DNA of 64,000 bases from Vicinamibacteria bacterium (lineage in GTDB: Bacteria; Acidobacteriota; Vicinamibacteria; Marinacidobacterales; Marinacidobacteraceae): contig OY821641.1 in assembly GCA_963555995.3 (NCBI GenBank), forward strand, positions 480,001-544,000. The letters are read 5' to 3'. The notes beneath the pieces were generated by a model, which worked only from the letters and a program-made list of their open reading frames with translations, was not told the origin of the DNA and ran no database searches. Of the stretch, positions 10,097-19,798 are shown piece after piece. Numbering within the stretch: position 1 is the stretch's first letter; each line of letters starts with the position of its first letter. The translations under genes and the position numbers were made by a program.

Positions 10097-10308
10097 CCGG
10101 CTTGGAACGCCGGCTTCAGCCGGCACAGCCCGCCGAAGGCGGGCGGCGGGAAGGACCTCATCGGCCGGGATGGCACGAAGGCCGGCACGCTGGCCGCCAG
10201 TTCTTTCGCGGTGCCTCGCCTGCCCACGCGCCATGCGGGCAGGAGGCGTACGTCGTTCCGCTGCGCTTCGCGCAGCGGGTGCCGGCTGAAGCCGGCGTTC
10301 CAAGCCGG
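10097..10308. repeat. REPIN-like element (variant A), 30-bp perfect terminal inverted repeats
   Basis: ccggcttggaacgccggcttcagccggcac...gtgccggctgaagccggcgttccaagccgg; interior homologous (inverted) to 23783-23991. Confidence 0.9.
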
Positions 10309-10401
10309 GGGCGTCCTCACGACTGTCGGCGGACCCGCGGGAACCGCATTTCAAAGCCATTGGCTCGCCTCGGCGCTGACGCGAGTTTCCCCGCAGCCTC
10401 C

Positions 10402-13344
10402 CTACCGGGCCGCGGCGCAGCGGGCGATGAAGTGCTCCTGCTCGTCGCTCAGCGGCGGGTCTTCGGCGCACCGCGCGAGGGTGACCGCCGCCTCGTCGAA
10501 ACGGTCGAGCGCGGAGAGGGCCTCGGCGCGGAACCAGAGGGCCCGCGCCTCCTGCGCCCGATGCGGACGGCCGACGCCGAGGTTCTCCGGGTAAGTGAGC
10601 GCCCGGTCGAAGTGGGCGAGGGCCGTTGCGGCATCCCCGGCGTCGAGCGCCCGGCGGCCGAGGGCGATTTCGGCTCGCGAGAAGAGTTGCCAGACGGTGG
10701 CGTCGCCCTCCCGGAAGTTGATCCGGGTCGCTTCCAGCATGGCGATCGTCTCCTCGAACCGGCCGGTGGCGTTCAGCGCCCGGGCCAGTTCGATGGTCAC
10801 GTCGTGGCGGCGGCGGGCGTCCGCCGGGACCATCGCCAATGCCTCCACCGCGTCCGCCGGCCGTCCCTCGGCAAGGAGGAGCCGCGCCAAGTCCCGGTAG
10901 AGGGTCTGGTCCGCCGGGCGGGCCGCGACCGCCTGCCAGAGGCGGCTCTCGGCCTCCGCCGTCCGGCCCGCGATCTTCCAGTGGACCATCCCGAGGGCCC
11001 GGTGGGCGGTGGAGAGGCCCGGATCGAGCGCCGTCGCCGCCTCCCACGCCGCGGTCGCTTCCTCGTAGCGGCCGAGACCCCCGAGCAGGTGGCCCAGCAG
11101 CAGCCGTGGCGCCGCCGACGCCGGGAGCCGCTCCGCCGCCGACCGCAGCACCGGGACGGACTCGGGACGCGAAGGGAAGGCGTAGTCGAGCGGGGCGGCG
11201 AGCGCCTCGTCCCGGTAGCCCGCGGCCCGTTCGCCCCCGGCCCACTCCGCGGCGTGGAACAGCAGCACCGGTCCCGGCTCGAAGCCGCCGTGTTCCCGCA
11301 GCGCTTCCAGCACGTCGAGCGCCATCCCGGAGAGTCCCAGTTCGGCCGCCGTCACCAGGAGTTCGGTGAACGCGAACTCCGGTTCCCCCGCCAGCCCCGT
11401 CATGGCCCGCGCCGCCTCGGCGCGCCCGGCGCCGTCGGCGGTGTGGAGGCGCACCGCCCAGGGAATCAGCTCGACGGTGCCCCGTTCGATCATCCGTCCC
11501 GCCAGTCCCGCGGCCCGGTCCCGGTCGCCGGCGCGAAGGTGCGCGAGCGGCAGCAGGTCCCGGCCGCCCCGCCGGAGCGCCGGGATGGCGTCCTCGGCGT
11601 CGCCCTGCCGGACCTTCACCCGGCCGATGAGGCGCCAGGCCGGGGCTTCGACGCCGGCCAGCTTGGTGGCGAGGTAGGCCGAGTCCAGCGCGCCCTCCGC
11701 GTCCCCGAGCCGGTAGCGGGCGACCGCGTGGAAGAAGCGCGCGAAACCGTGCTCGGGGTCGGCGGCGGCGACCCCGGCGAGCCGGTCCGCCGCCCGCTCG
11801 TAGAGCCCGGCCTTCAGGTCCAGCGCGGCGAGTCCCACCGCGGCGTCCGGGTGGCCCGGCGCCAGCGCGAGCGCCCGCTCGTAGAGCCGGCGGGCCTCGG
11901 CGCGGTTCAGGTCCTTGTCGGCGCGTTCGGCGGCCCCGAACGCTGCCTCGGCGTTCGCCGGTTCGGCCGCCTCGAGGAGCGGCGGGGGTTCCTCCACCGG
12001 GATCTCGAGCGGAGACCGGTAGGCGAGGACGTTCCCGCCGCCGGCGGTCACCGCGACCTCGATCGGCGCCTCCGCCGGCCCCGGCCATTCGACGGCCGCG
12101 ACCGCCTCCGGCGCCAGGTCGAGGGTCGTGGAGTGTTCCGTGCCGCCGCCGCTCAGCCGGACGGTCGCCCCGGGCAGGGCTCTCGTGGCGAGGAACAGGA
12201 AGCGCGTCCCCGCCTCATCCTCGACCCGCTCGACCACCAGGTCGGGCGTCGCGTATTCGAATCCCTCGCCGAGCCCGAACACCGGCGTCCACTGTTCGCG
12301 CCAGAACACCCGCTGGCCCGGATAGACCCAGGCGTAGTCCGACTGGGTGGGCAGCGGACCGCTCTGCACCTCGATGTAGGGGCCGTCCTCGTCCGTGAGC
12401 GCCCGCTGGTTCATCATGCCGTCGTCGCCCTGGCCCCAGGTCCAGCCCTTCTTGCCGGGGAGTTCGCGATGGTCCGCGGTCTGGACGATGCCCCGGTCGT
12501 CCCCCGCGTCGTAGGCGCCGAAGAAGTCGTGGACTGCCCGGTAGGCGAAGATCGAGGTCGGTTCGGGATAGTTGGGGAGCCGCGTCATGTCCACCCCGTC
12601 GTCTTCCGGGAAGCGGTAGAAGGTGGTCCCGAAGTGGTCGCTGGCGAGCGACATCGGGTAGATGAACCGGGTGCCGTCCCGCTGGGGGAAGGCGGTGTTG
12701 TTCCAGAAGTAGTAGGGATAGGGGAGGTCGGTCGGGTTGAAGATGGTGATCTCCTGGTCGAGCTGCGCCGCGCCCGGGCGGAGCGTGAGGCGCACCTCCC
12801 AGCCGGTGCGGAAGCTCTGCTCGATCTCGCCGATCACGAGCGTTGCCGACCCGTCCTCGTTCTGTACCCCGGTGACGTTCACGGGCGAATAGCTGGTCAC
12901 CGTGTGTCCCTGGGGGCCGCGGTTCCACTCGATCCCGCCGGAGACCCACGCGCCCCGCAGCGCGATCAGGCCGGGCCGGATGACCCGGTTGTTGTAGAAC
13001 ATCTGCTCGTTCTCGCGCTTGTCGAGGACCCACTGGATGCGGCCCCCGATCTCGGGAAGACAGGCCACCTTCAGGTACTCGTTCTCGAGGAAGAAGGCCC
13101 GCCAGGTGTGGTCGGCCCGTTCCGTGCCGAGGTTGTCCTGCATCGTGTAGGGGTAGACGATGGAGCCGTCGGTTTCGCGGAACTGCGGGTTCGGGTCGTC
13201 GGGCAGCAGGGCGTAGGTGGGGAGGGTGAGTTCCCCCTCCCAGACGCGGACGGGTTCCTGTCCGGTCGCGGGAACGGAAACGGCGGCAGCGAGAGACAGC
13301 GCCGTCAGCAGGGTCGGGGGGCGTGGAGAGAGCATGCGCGTCAC
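10402..13344 (-). CDS. DUF5107-domain TPR-repeat protein (secreted)
   Basis: LENEYLKVACLPEIGGRI, PGLIALRGAWVSGGIEWN, PGKKGWTWG and YIEVQSG motifs; C-terminal TPR repeats; signal peptide. Confidence 0.85.
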   Translation of the reverse strand: MTRMLSPRPPTLLTALSLAAAVSVPATGQEPVRVWEGELTLPTYALLPDDPNPQFRETDGSIVYPYTMQDNLGTERADHTWRAFFLENEYLKVACLPEIGGRIQWVLDKRENEQMFYNNRVIRPGLIALRGAWVSGGIEWNRGPQGHTVTSYSPVNVTGVQNEDGSATLVIGEIEQSFRTGWEVRLTLRPGAAQLDQEITIFNPTDLPYPYYFWNNTAFPQRDGTRFIYPMSLASDHFGTTFYRFPEDDGVDMTRLPNYPEPTSIFAYRAVHDFFGAYDAGDDRGIVQTADHRELPGKKGWTWGQGDDGMMNQRALTDEDGPYIEVQSGPLPTQSDYAWVYPGQRVFWREQWTPVFGLGEGFEYATPDLVVERVEDEAGTRFLFLATRALPGATVRLSGGGTEHSTTLDLAPEAVAAVEWPGPAEAPIEVAVTAGGGNVLAYRSPLEIPVEEPPPLLEAAEPANAEAAFGAAERADKDLNRAEARRLYERALALAPGHPDAAVGLAALDLKAGLYERAADRLAGVAAADPEHGFARFFHAVARYRLGDAEGALDSAYLATKLAGVEAPAWRLIGRVKVRQGDAEDAIPALRRGGRDLLPLAHLRAGDRDRAAGLAGRMIERGTVELIPWAVRLHTADGAGRAEAARAMTGLAGEPEFAFTELLVTAAELGLSGMALDVLEALREHGGFEPGPVLLFHAAEWAGGERAAGYRDEALAAPLDYAFPSRPESVPVLRSAAERLPASAAPRLLLGHLLGGLGRYEEATAAWEAATALDPGLSTAHRALGMVHWKIAGRTAEAESRLWQAVAARPADQTLYRDLARLLLAEGRPADAVEALAMVPADARRRHDVTIELARALNATGRFEETIAMLEATRINFREGDATVWQLFSRAEIALGRRALDAGDAATALAHFDRALTYPENLGVGRPHRAQEARALWFRAEALSALDRFDEAAVTLARCAEDPPLSDEQEHFIARCAAAR

Positions 13345-13459
13345 CTTGTCTGGCCGGGAGAGGCTAACCCCACGACAGCTATTCGGAACCCGGCGACCGA
13401 CCGGTCGTCGCGGAAGAACGGGCGAGCTGCCCCGGCCCGTCCCGCAGAGCCGGCCGGAA

Positions 13460-14083
13460 TCAATTCCCTGGTGCGCCTGGGTCTGTCAGACGGTTCTGGC
13501 GCCGAAGCTCCATGGCGACGAAAGGGGATTCCCTCACCAGCACGTCGAAACAGATCCGCCCCGTCCAGAAGTCCGCAGCGTGGCTCTCCCGCGTGGTGCG
13601 AAACGCGTAGTCGTTGAGTTTCAATCGGCAGATCGTCGCCTCTACCTGGGCCCGAATCTCCGCCGACAACCGCCTGCCCGGACAAACCTGGAAACCGCTC
13701 AGCTCGATACGAAACCAGCCATCCTCAAGCTCGAAGGGATCGAGGACATCCAGCCAGTTGTTCTTCCGGGAGTTCATACGCGAGGAGGCGAGTCGGAAAT
13801 TGCTCCACTCGTAGATGAGATGCCACTCCCGCGACTTGGGGGCCATGTGATCCACGGAGGCGGCGCCGGTTACAGCATGGATGCGGAAACAGGAATACGC
13901 GCAGATCTCGTTGTATGCCTTCATGAGATCCGGTATGGCCTTTCTCCAAAGACTCGGCAAGCGGTCGACCAGTTCATCGGGAGGCGTCGCCTCGGCCTTC
14001 AACCGCTCGATGGCCCTTTTCCCCGGTTTGCGCACCTTCGTGTCGAAACCCGGAGGCTCGGGTGCCGGCGTAACGGGAATCAT
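13460..14083 (-). CDS. HNH endonuclease (PtuB/retron-effector-like)
   Basis: Starts MIPVTPAPEP at 14083 (ATGA overlap with the ATPase stop); CAYSC...VDHMAPK...WSNFRLASSRMNSRK HNH motif. Confidence 0.85.
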   Translation of the reverse strand: MIPVTPAPEPPGFDTKVRKPGKRAIERLKAEATPPDELVDRLPSLWRKAIPDLMKAYNEICAYSCFRIHAVTGAASVDHMAPKSREWHLIYEWSNFRLASSRMNSRKNNWLDVLDPFELEDGWFRIELSGFQVCPGRRLSAEIRAQVEATICRLKLNDYAFRTTRESHAADFWTGRICFDVLVRESPFVAMELRRQNRLTDPGAPGN

Positions 14084-15327
14084 CGTCCCATCGAATGCCG
14101 ATACTGAGTCCAGCGGACCCAGAAGCGATCCACGTCGCTCAGGGCAGCCCGAAGTGCACCCTCCACCTGATCCAGTTCGTCGCCGGACGCTGTGCCGTCC
14201 CTGCGGAAGAGCGCCAAAGCATCGGTAATCGCGTTCTCCGCCTCGATAGAGCGCGGTTCCGTCAGATCGAACACGGAAGACGTGAGCCAAGCGTTGGCGT
14301 CGCCGTGTCGGCTCCAGGAATGTTCGAGAAGCGTGACGCTTCTTTCTTCGAGTTTCAGTTCCCACACGGCGTCGGAGTCTTTGTCGAACTGCGCTTCGAC
14401 GGACGCCAGAATCAGCGGTGAGTGCGTGGCCGCCACCAGTTGCACCGGAATCCCGGCTTCGCCCGTGAGTGCCTCCATCACGTCCAGCAAAGCCGGCACG
14501 ATCCGACGCTGCCACTCCGGGTGAAGGTGCGCTTCGATCTCGTCGATCAGGAAGATGATCTCACGGGCAGGCGCATCGCCGCGCAATTCTGCGGACGCCA
14601 CATGTTCCTGCCAAGTCCACACCAGCAAATAGGCTAGGGAGACGATGCGGCGAATTCCGGCCGAAGCGTGCACCAGCGGCACTTCCAGCCCGTACGGGGA
14701 CCTAATGGTGGGATGTTTCCGCGCGTCGCTGAGCGATAGCTTGATGAGTTCTCCCGGTTCCAGAGGTTCGGCTGGAGACGGCGAGAGCGCCACGAGGACG
14801 CTTTTTAGCTGCCGCATGGCGTCGCCGTCCTCGAGCTGCCAGTTCGCCCAATCCGCAATCAGCCCGTTGCAGTATTTGGTGGACCCTCCGAGGGGCAGGC
14901 CGTCCCAGACTTCCCGGCCCGAGAACAGGTACGCCGCCTGCCTTTCGCTGTCCTGCTCCTTCCAGTAGTTTCGGGCTGGGTCCCAGACCGAGAAGCCGCC
15001 GTCGACCTGGGCATAAAGCACGAGACCGGGAATCGGCGGGCGGCCCCGCCGCAGCTTCCACTGTTCTTCGCCACGGTCGAAGTTACTCTCGTACTCATGG
15101 GGTTTCGATTTGGCTCCGTAGCGGTAGAGAATTCTCGGAACGGCAGGGGGCCGATGCGGCACGAGCATCGTCCGCGCCCAGGTTCGAGTAAGAGCCCACC
15201 AAGCGGCTTCGAGAAGAAAGGATTTGCCGAGCCCGTTGTCGCCAGTCAGGAAGTTCATCCGACGTCGGAAATCGAGCGTCAAGCGCGGCGCCGGGCCGAC
15301 GCCCTCGAAGCTCAACCGTTCGATCAT
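14080..15327 (-). CDS. ABC/AAA_21-type ATPase (PtuA-like defence ATPase)
   Basis: Walker A GDNGLGKS, signature ASAG, Walker B LIDEIEAHLHPEWQ, ATHSPLI. Confidence 0.9.
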   Translation of the reverse strand: MIERLSFEGVGPAPRLTLDFRRRMNFLTGDNGLGKSFLLEAAWWALTRTWARTMLVPHRPPAVPRILYRYGAKSKPHEYESNFDRGEEQWKLRRGRPPIPGLVLYAQVDGGFSVWDPARNYWKEQDSERQAAYLFSGREVWDGLPLGGSTKYCNGLIADWANWQLEDGDAMRQLKSVLVALSPSPAEPLEPGELIKLSLSDARKHPTIRSPYGLEVPLVHASAGIRRIVSLAYLLVWTWQEHVASAELRGDAPAREIIFLIDEIEAHLHPEWQRRIVPALLDVMEALTGEAGIPVQLVAATHSPLILASVEAQFDKDSDAVWELKLEERSVTLLEHSWSRHGDANAWLTSSVFDLTEPRSIEAENAITDALALFRRDGTASGDELDQVEGALRAALSDVDRFWVRWTQYRHSMGR

Positions 15328-15379
15328 CTGGACGAGGACGGTGGTGTCGGCGATGCGCTCCGGGCCCGTGCTCGCAACC

Positions 15380-15607
15380 TCATGGTGGCGAGAGGCTCTC
15401 CCAGTGGGCCTCCGGGAGCACCGGACCCACGATGTCGCCGGTCACCTTGGCCGTGCCCCGCAACCGCGACTGGGGGTACTCGACACGCTCTCCGGTCCCG
15501 GGGGAGGATTTGTTCTCCGGCTGGCTGCGACTCGGAATCCGTGGCGGCTCAACGGCGGGCTGCGCGGGGCCTGGAACGGTTCGATCGCGGGTCTTCAGGT
15601 CTGGCAT
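15380..15607 (-). CDS. Small antitoxin-like protein (Phd/VapB-type C-terminus), possibly degenerate
   Basis: C-terminus LRGTAKVTGDIVGPVLPEAHWES resembles type II antitoxin tails; no recognisable DNA-binding N-terminus. Confidence 0.45.
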   Translation of the reverse strand: MPDLKTRDRTVPGPAQPAVEPPRIPSRSQPENKSSPGTGERVEYPQSRLRGTAKVTGDIVGPVLPEAHWESLSPP

Positions 15608-15709
15608 TTCGGTTCGTCCCAAGGAAGAGTATGCGCGAAGACGGACGCGCGTGGCCCGCGTTCGCTGGGTGGAGAGAGAGCTTCGCGCCCGGCCCTGCCT
15701 CTTGCCACG

Positions 15710-16390
15710 CTACGGAACCAGCCGGAGCGGGCGGAAGGCTTCGGGGACGTGGAAGCTGGGGCCGCCGGTGGGGGACCAGGCCGCAAAGATGGCGCCTTCC
15801 TCCGGCGCCTCGGGACCGCCGGGCCGCTTGATGCGGAAGACGTTGAACGGGATCTCCACGCCGGGCGCCGGAGGACCGGACAGGCCCAGACCGTCCCACG
15901 GCAAGAACAGCGTGCCGATCCAGCCCTCGCCGGTGACGGCGGTGGCCGTCTCCATCCCGGCCACCGAAAAGCCCCGGTCCATGGGCCCGATGGGATCCGA
16001 AGCGCTCTCGCCCGGCCCGAGCCGCCGCAGGTCGCAGACCACGTTCGCCGGGTTCAGCTCCACCTCGACGTAGCGGCCGTCCGCCAGCGGGTCGAGAAAG
16101 ATCTCGACCACTTCCTCCTCCCAGAGCCGGTCGTCGCGCCCGGTCATGGTGAACCACGGGGCGTCGTCCTCGGAATCGAAGCGCAGGTGGAGTCCGCGCT
16201 CGTTCCAGAGCGCCCGGAACCGGGTGCGGTAGGGCTCGGAGCCCCAGACCACTTCCGCCGCCCCGTCCCACGCCGCGGCGGTCGCCGCGAGCGGGGCCGC
16301 CGCGCCGGCCGAGGTCCGGCGGGCCTCGTAGGCGGCCGGGGTCTGGAGCACGACCGCGAAGAGCAGCAGCGAGGACATCCTGGCGGGCAA
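15710..16390 (-). CDS. Carbohydrate-binding family 9-like (DOMON/CBM9) secreted protein
   Basis: TRFRALWNERGL, RDDRLWEEEVVEIFLDP, YVEVELNPAN and WSPTGGPSFHVPEAF motifs; signal peptide. Confidence 0.85.
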   Translation of the reverse strand: MPARMSSLLLFAVVLQTPAAYEARRTSAGAAAPLAATAAAWDGAAEVVWGSEPYRTRFRALWNERGLHLRFDSEDDAPWFTMTGRDDRLWEEEVVEIFLDPLADGRYVEVELNPANVVCDLRRLGPGESASDPIGPMDRGFSVAGMETATAVTGEGWIGTLFLPWDGLGLSGPPAPGVEIPFNVFRIKRPGGPEAPEEGAIFAAWSPTGGPSFHVPEAFRPLRLVP

Positions 16391-16478
16391 TCCTGTCGCA
16401 TTGCGCGCGATTGCTTATGATGAAACCGGTTCCAGCCGGGGAGTTCCCGGCCGGTTCTCCGGACCGGGAGGCGGAAAG

Positions 16479-18191
16479 ATGCGCGGGAAACGGCGAATTG
16501 CCCTGATCGGGATGGCCCCCCTGCTGGGTCTTCCCCTGCTGCTCGCACCCTCGCTGGACGGGCCCGCCGAAGGCGCCGGGATGAGCGTCAACGGGATGGT
16601 GGTGACCTCCCACCCGCTCGCGGCGCAGGCCGGGCTGCGGATGCTGCAGGCGGGCGGGAACGCGTTCGACGCGGCGGTGGCGAGCGCGGCCGTGAAGGCC
16701 GTCGTGGAACCGCTCATGTCCGGGCTGGGCGGGGTGGGCGGCTACGCGCTGATCCACGACGCCAAAACGGGAGACATCCGTTCGGTGGACTTCATCGGCG
16801 CGGCCCCGGCCGCCGCGGACCCCGAAGCGTTCACCGCCGGCAGCCGGCTCTGGGACCGGACCCATCCGGCCCGCGACAGTTTCCTGGCGCCGCTGGTGCC
16901 CGGCAACCTGGCCGGCTGGGCGGCGCTCCTCGAGGAGTACGGCTCGATGTCCTGGGCGGAAGTGCTGGCGCCCGCCATCGAGTACGCCGAAGACGGTTTC
17001 GCGGTGACCCCCGCGGTCAGCGGGCCGTTCGGGACGAGCGGCTTCGGCGCCGACGTGGCCCGCTACCCCTACGGCGCCGGCATCTTCTTCAAGGGCGGGA
17101 AGCCCTGGCCGGTGGGCGAGGTCCTGAAGCAGCCCGACCTGGCGAAGACCCTCCGGGCCATCGCGGCCGATGGGCCGGGGGTCCTCTACGGCGGGGCGAT
17201 GGCGGAGACGGTCGTGGACTTCTTCCGGCAGAACGGCGGCATCCTCACCGTGGAGGACTTCGCGAACTACCGGGCGCGCTGGAGCGAGCCGCTCTCGACG
17301 ACCTACCGCGGCTACACGGTGTACAGCCAGCCCCCCGGCGGTTCCGGGATGACGATCCTGCAGACCCTGAACATCCTCGAGCAGTTCGACGTGCCGGCGC
17401 TGGAGCACAACTCCGAGGAGTTCGTCCATCTGGTGGCGGAGGCGATGAAGCTGGCGTTCGTGGACGAGGACATCTGGAACACCGGCAAGGACTACGCCGA
17501 CATTCCGCTCGACCGGCTGCTCTCGAAGGAATATGCGGCGCAGCAGGCGGCGCGGATTGATCTTTCCCGGGCGCAGTTCCACGCCGCGGTCCGCGACGGG
17601 AGCGACCTGCCCACCGCGGTGGAGCACACCACGCACCACACGGTGGTGGACAAGGACCACAACGTGGTGACCATCACCCAGACGCTCATGCTCCCGGCGG
17701 GGGTGGTGGTCCCCGAGACCGGGGTCATCTTCAACAACGGGATGTCCTATTTCAGCCTGGACCCCGAGGACGTGAACCTCATCGAGGGCGGGCAGCGGCC
17801 CCGCTTCGTGATGAGCCCCACCATCGTGACCCGCTACGACAAGCCCTACTTCGCCCTCGGATCGGCGGGAGGCTGGACCATCCCGCAGACGATCCTGCAG
17901 GTGCTGGTGCGGGCGCTCGACTACGAGATGGACGCCCCGGCGGCGGTGGACGCGCCGCGTTTCGTGGTCCGCTACCTGGCGAACTCGATTCCCTACATGG
18001 ATGGGACCGATCTGGTGCTGGAGAAGGACTTCCCGGATGAGGTGCGGGAGGCGCTGAACGCCAGGGGGCATCGCCTGCGCGAGCCCCCCAACCGGATCGG
18101 GATGCTGAACGCGATCCGGATCGTTCCGGGCTCGGGAGTGCTTTCCGGGGGGCCGGACAAGCGCCGCGAGGGCGCCGCGGCGGGCTGGTGA
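16479..18191 (+). CDS. ggt: Gamma-glutamyltransferase (Ntn hydrolase)
   Basis: GGNAFDAAVA, SGLGG, HTTH catalytic Thr, TGVIFNNGM and MSPTIV motifs; signal peptide. Confidence 0.92.
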   Translation: MRGKRRIALIGMAPLLGLPLLLAPSLDGPAEGAGMSVNGMVVTSHPLAAQAGLRMLQAGGNAFDAAVASAAVKAVVEPLMSGLGGVGGYALIHDAKTGDIRSVDFIGAAPAAADPEAFTAGSRLWDRTHPARDSFLAPLVPGNLAGWAALLEEYGSMSWAEVLAPAIEYAEDGFAVTPAVSGPFGTSGFGADVARYPYGAGIFFKGGKPWPVGEVLKQPDLAKTLRAIAADGPGVLYGGAMAETVVDFFRQNGGILTVEDFANYRARWSEPLSTTYRGYTVYSQPPGGSGMTILQTLNILEQFDVPALEHNSEEFVHLVAEAMKLAFVDEDIWNTGKDYADIPLDRLLSKEYAAQQAARIDLSRAQFHAAVRDGSDLPTAVEHTTHHTVVDKDHNVVTITQTLMLPAGVVVPETGVIFNNGMSYFSLDPEDVNLIEGGQRPRFVMSPTIVTRYDKPYFALGSAGGWTIPQTILQVLVRALDYEMDAPAAVDAPRFVVRYLANSIPYMDGTDLVLEKDFPDEVREALNARGHRLREPPNRIGMLNAIRIVPGSGVLSGGPDKRREGAAAGW

Positions 18192-19798
18192 CCTGCCTGC
18201 CCCGGCGTTCGTGGCTTCCGTTTCGGGACCCGTCGCCGCTGGAATACACTGGGCTCATGGGGTTCGGGAAAGTCTCTCGCAGCGTTCGGAACCTGCCTGT
18301 CCCGGTGGCATTGGCGCTGGGCTGCGGACTCGTGTCCGTCGCGGGCGGCGGGTGCGCGCTCAGGGCCGCATCCCCCGCCCGGGAGGCGGCTCCCGAGCTA
18401 CCCGCCGACTTCGTCGAGAGCCCGGCAGCTGGCGCCCCTGAGGCGCAGGAGTGGTGGCGGGCGTTCAACGACCCGGCGCTCGACCAGGTGGTCGCATCGG
18501 TACTGGACTCCAACTTCTCCGTGGCGGAAGCGGTCGCGCGCGTCGAGCAGGCCAGAACGCGGGCCCGGCTGGCCGACGCGGCGATCCTCCCCAGTGTCGG
18601 CGCGAGCCTCACCGCGGAAACCTTCGACCTGCCCACGAATGCCGCGATCGGCGCGCAGCTCGAGGACCTGGGCCTCGATTTCCCTCTGCCCGACCGGTTG
18701 GGCTTCCCGACCTATACCCTGGGCGCGGACTTCGCCTACGAAGCCGATTTCTGGGGCCGCGTCCGGCACACCGCCCTCGCGGCGGGATCCGAGCTGCTGG
18801 CCTCGGAGTTCGACCTGCGGGTCGCCCGCATCGGGATCCTCGCCGAGACGATTTCGGTCTACTTCGAGATCGGCCACCTGCGGCAGCAACGCGCCATCGC
18901 CGGGCGGCAGGTGGAACTGCTCGAGGAACGCGAGCGGTTCGTCGCGAGCCGCTACGAACGCGGGCTCACGGCTTCCCTCGAGCTGCACGGCGTCCGCGAG
19001 GCCCTCTCCAGCGCGCGGGCCGGCGTGCCGCAGGTCGAGAACCAGCTCGCCGAGACGGAGTCCCGGCTCGCCGTACTGCTGGGAGGCTACCGGGAGGACG
19101 TCGCGGCGATCCTTCCCGACTCCCGGTCGCCGGAAACCCCGGCCGAACCCGTGCCGGCCGGCATTCCGGCCGACCTCCTTTCGCAGCGGCCGGACGTGCA
19201 GGCCGCAGGTCACCGGCTGGAAGCCGCCGGACACACCGTCGAAGCGCGGCGCGCGGCCCTGATGCCCCAGCTCTCGCTCTCCGGATCCATTGGACTGCGG
19301 AGCACGGACGCCGGAGGCCTTTTCGACGTCAAGCAGTGGTTCACGAACCTTGCCGGCAACCTGCTCCGGCCGGTGTTCGACGGCGGCCGGCTGGCGAGCG
19401 GCGTGGAACTTGCCGAAGCGCGCTTCGATGAGCTGGCGGCAGCCTACGGCCGGACCATCGTTACCGCGGTCAACGAGGTGGAAGCGGCCCTGGCAACCCT
19501 GAGGAACGAAGGCCGCCGGCAGGAATCTCTTGCCGCCCGCCACGAAGAGGCCCGGACGTCCGTGGAAGTGCAGGCCAGACGTTACGAGTCGGGCATCAGC
19601 GGCTATGGCGATCTGCTCGACGCCACCGCCGGACTGCTGGACGCGGAATTGGCGCTTGCGGGTTCGGAGCGGAACCTGGCCCTCGCCCGGCTGGCCATCC
19701 ACCGGGCCCTGGGGGGCGCGTGGGCCGGCCCGGACGCGATGGCCGGCGCTCCGGCGGGCGCACCGGACACCCGTGCGAAAGGACCGGCGGACCGATGA
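18188..19798 (+). CDS. RND efflux outer membrane factor (TolC/OprM/NodT family lipoprotein)
   Basis: WWRAFNDPALDQ, YEADFWGRVR, PAGIPADLLSQRPDV, LHR/IHRALGG motifs; the true start may be ATG 18257. Confidence 0.92.
   Translation: MTCLPRRSWLPFRDPSPLEYTGLMGFGKVSRSVRNLPVPVALALGCGLVSVAGGGCALRAASPAREAAPELPADFVESPAAGAPEAQEWWRAFNDPALDQVVASVLDSNFSVAEAVARVEQARTRARLADAAILPSVGASLTAETFDLPTNAAIGAQLEDLGLDFPLPDRLGFPTYTLGADFAYEADFWGRVRHTALAAGSELLASEFDLRVARIGILAETISVYFEIGHLRQQRAIAGRQVELLEERERFVASRYERGLTASLELHGVREALSSARAGVPQVENQLAETESRLAVLLGGYREDVAAILPDSRSPETPAEPVPAGIPADLLSQRPDVQAAGHRLEAAGHTVEARRAALMPQLSLSGSIGLRSTDAGGLFDVKQWFTNLAGNLLRPVFDGGRLASGVELAEARFDELAAAYGRTIVTAVNEVEAALATLRNEGRRQESLAARHEEARTSVEVQARRYESGISGYGDLLDATAGLLDAELALAGSERNLALARLAIHRALGGAWAGPDAMAGAPAGAPDTRAKGPADR

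Noticed and set aside
13460-15327. Retron system
   Set aside because: No reverse transcriptase (YADD) gene or msr-msd region is recognisable nearby.
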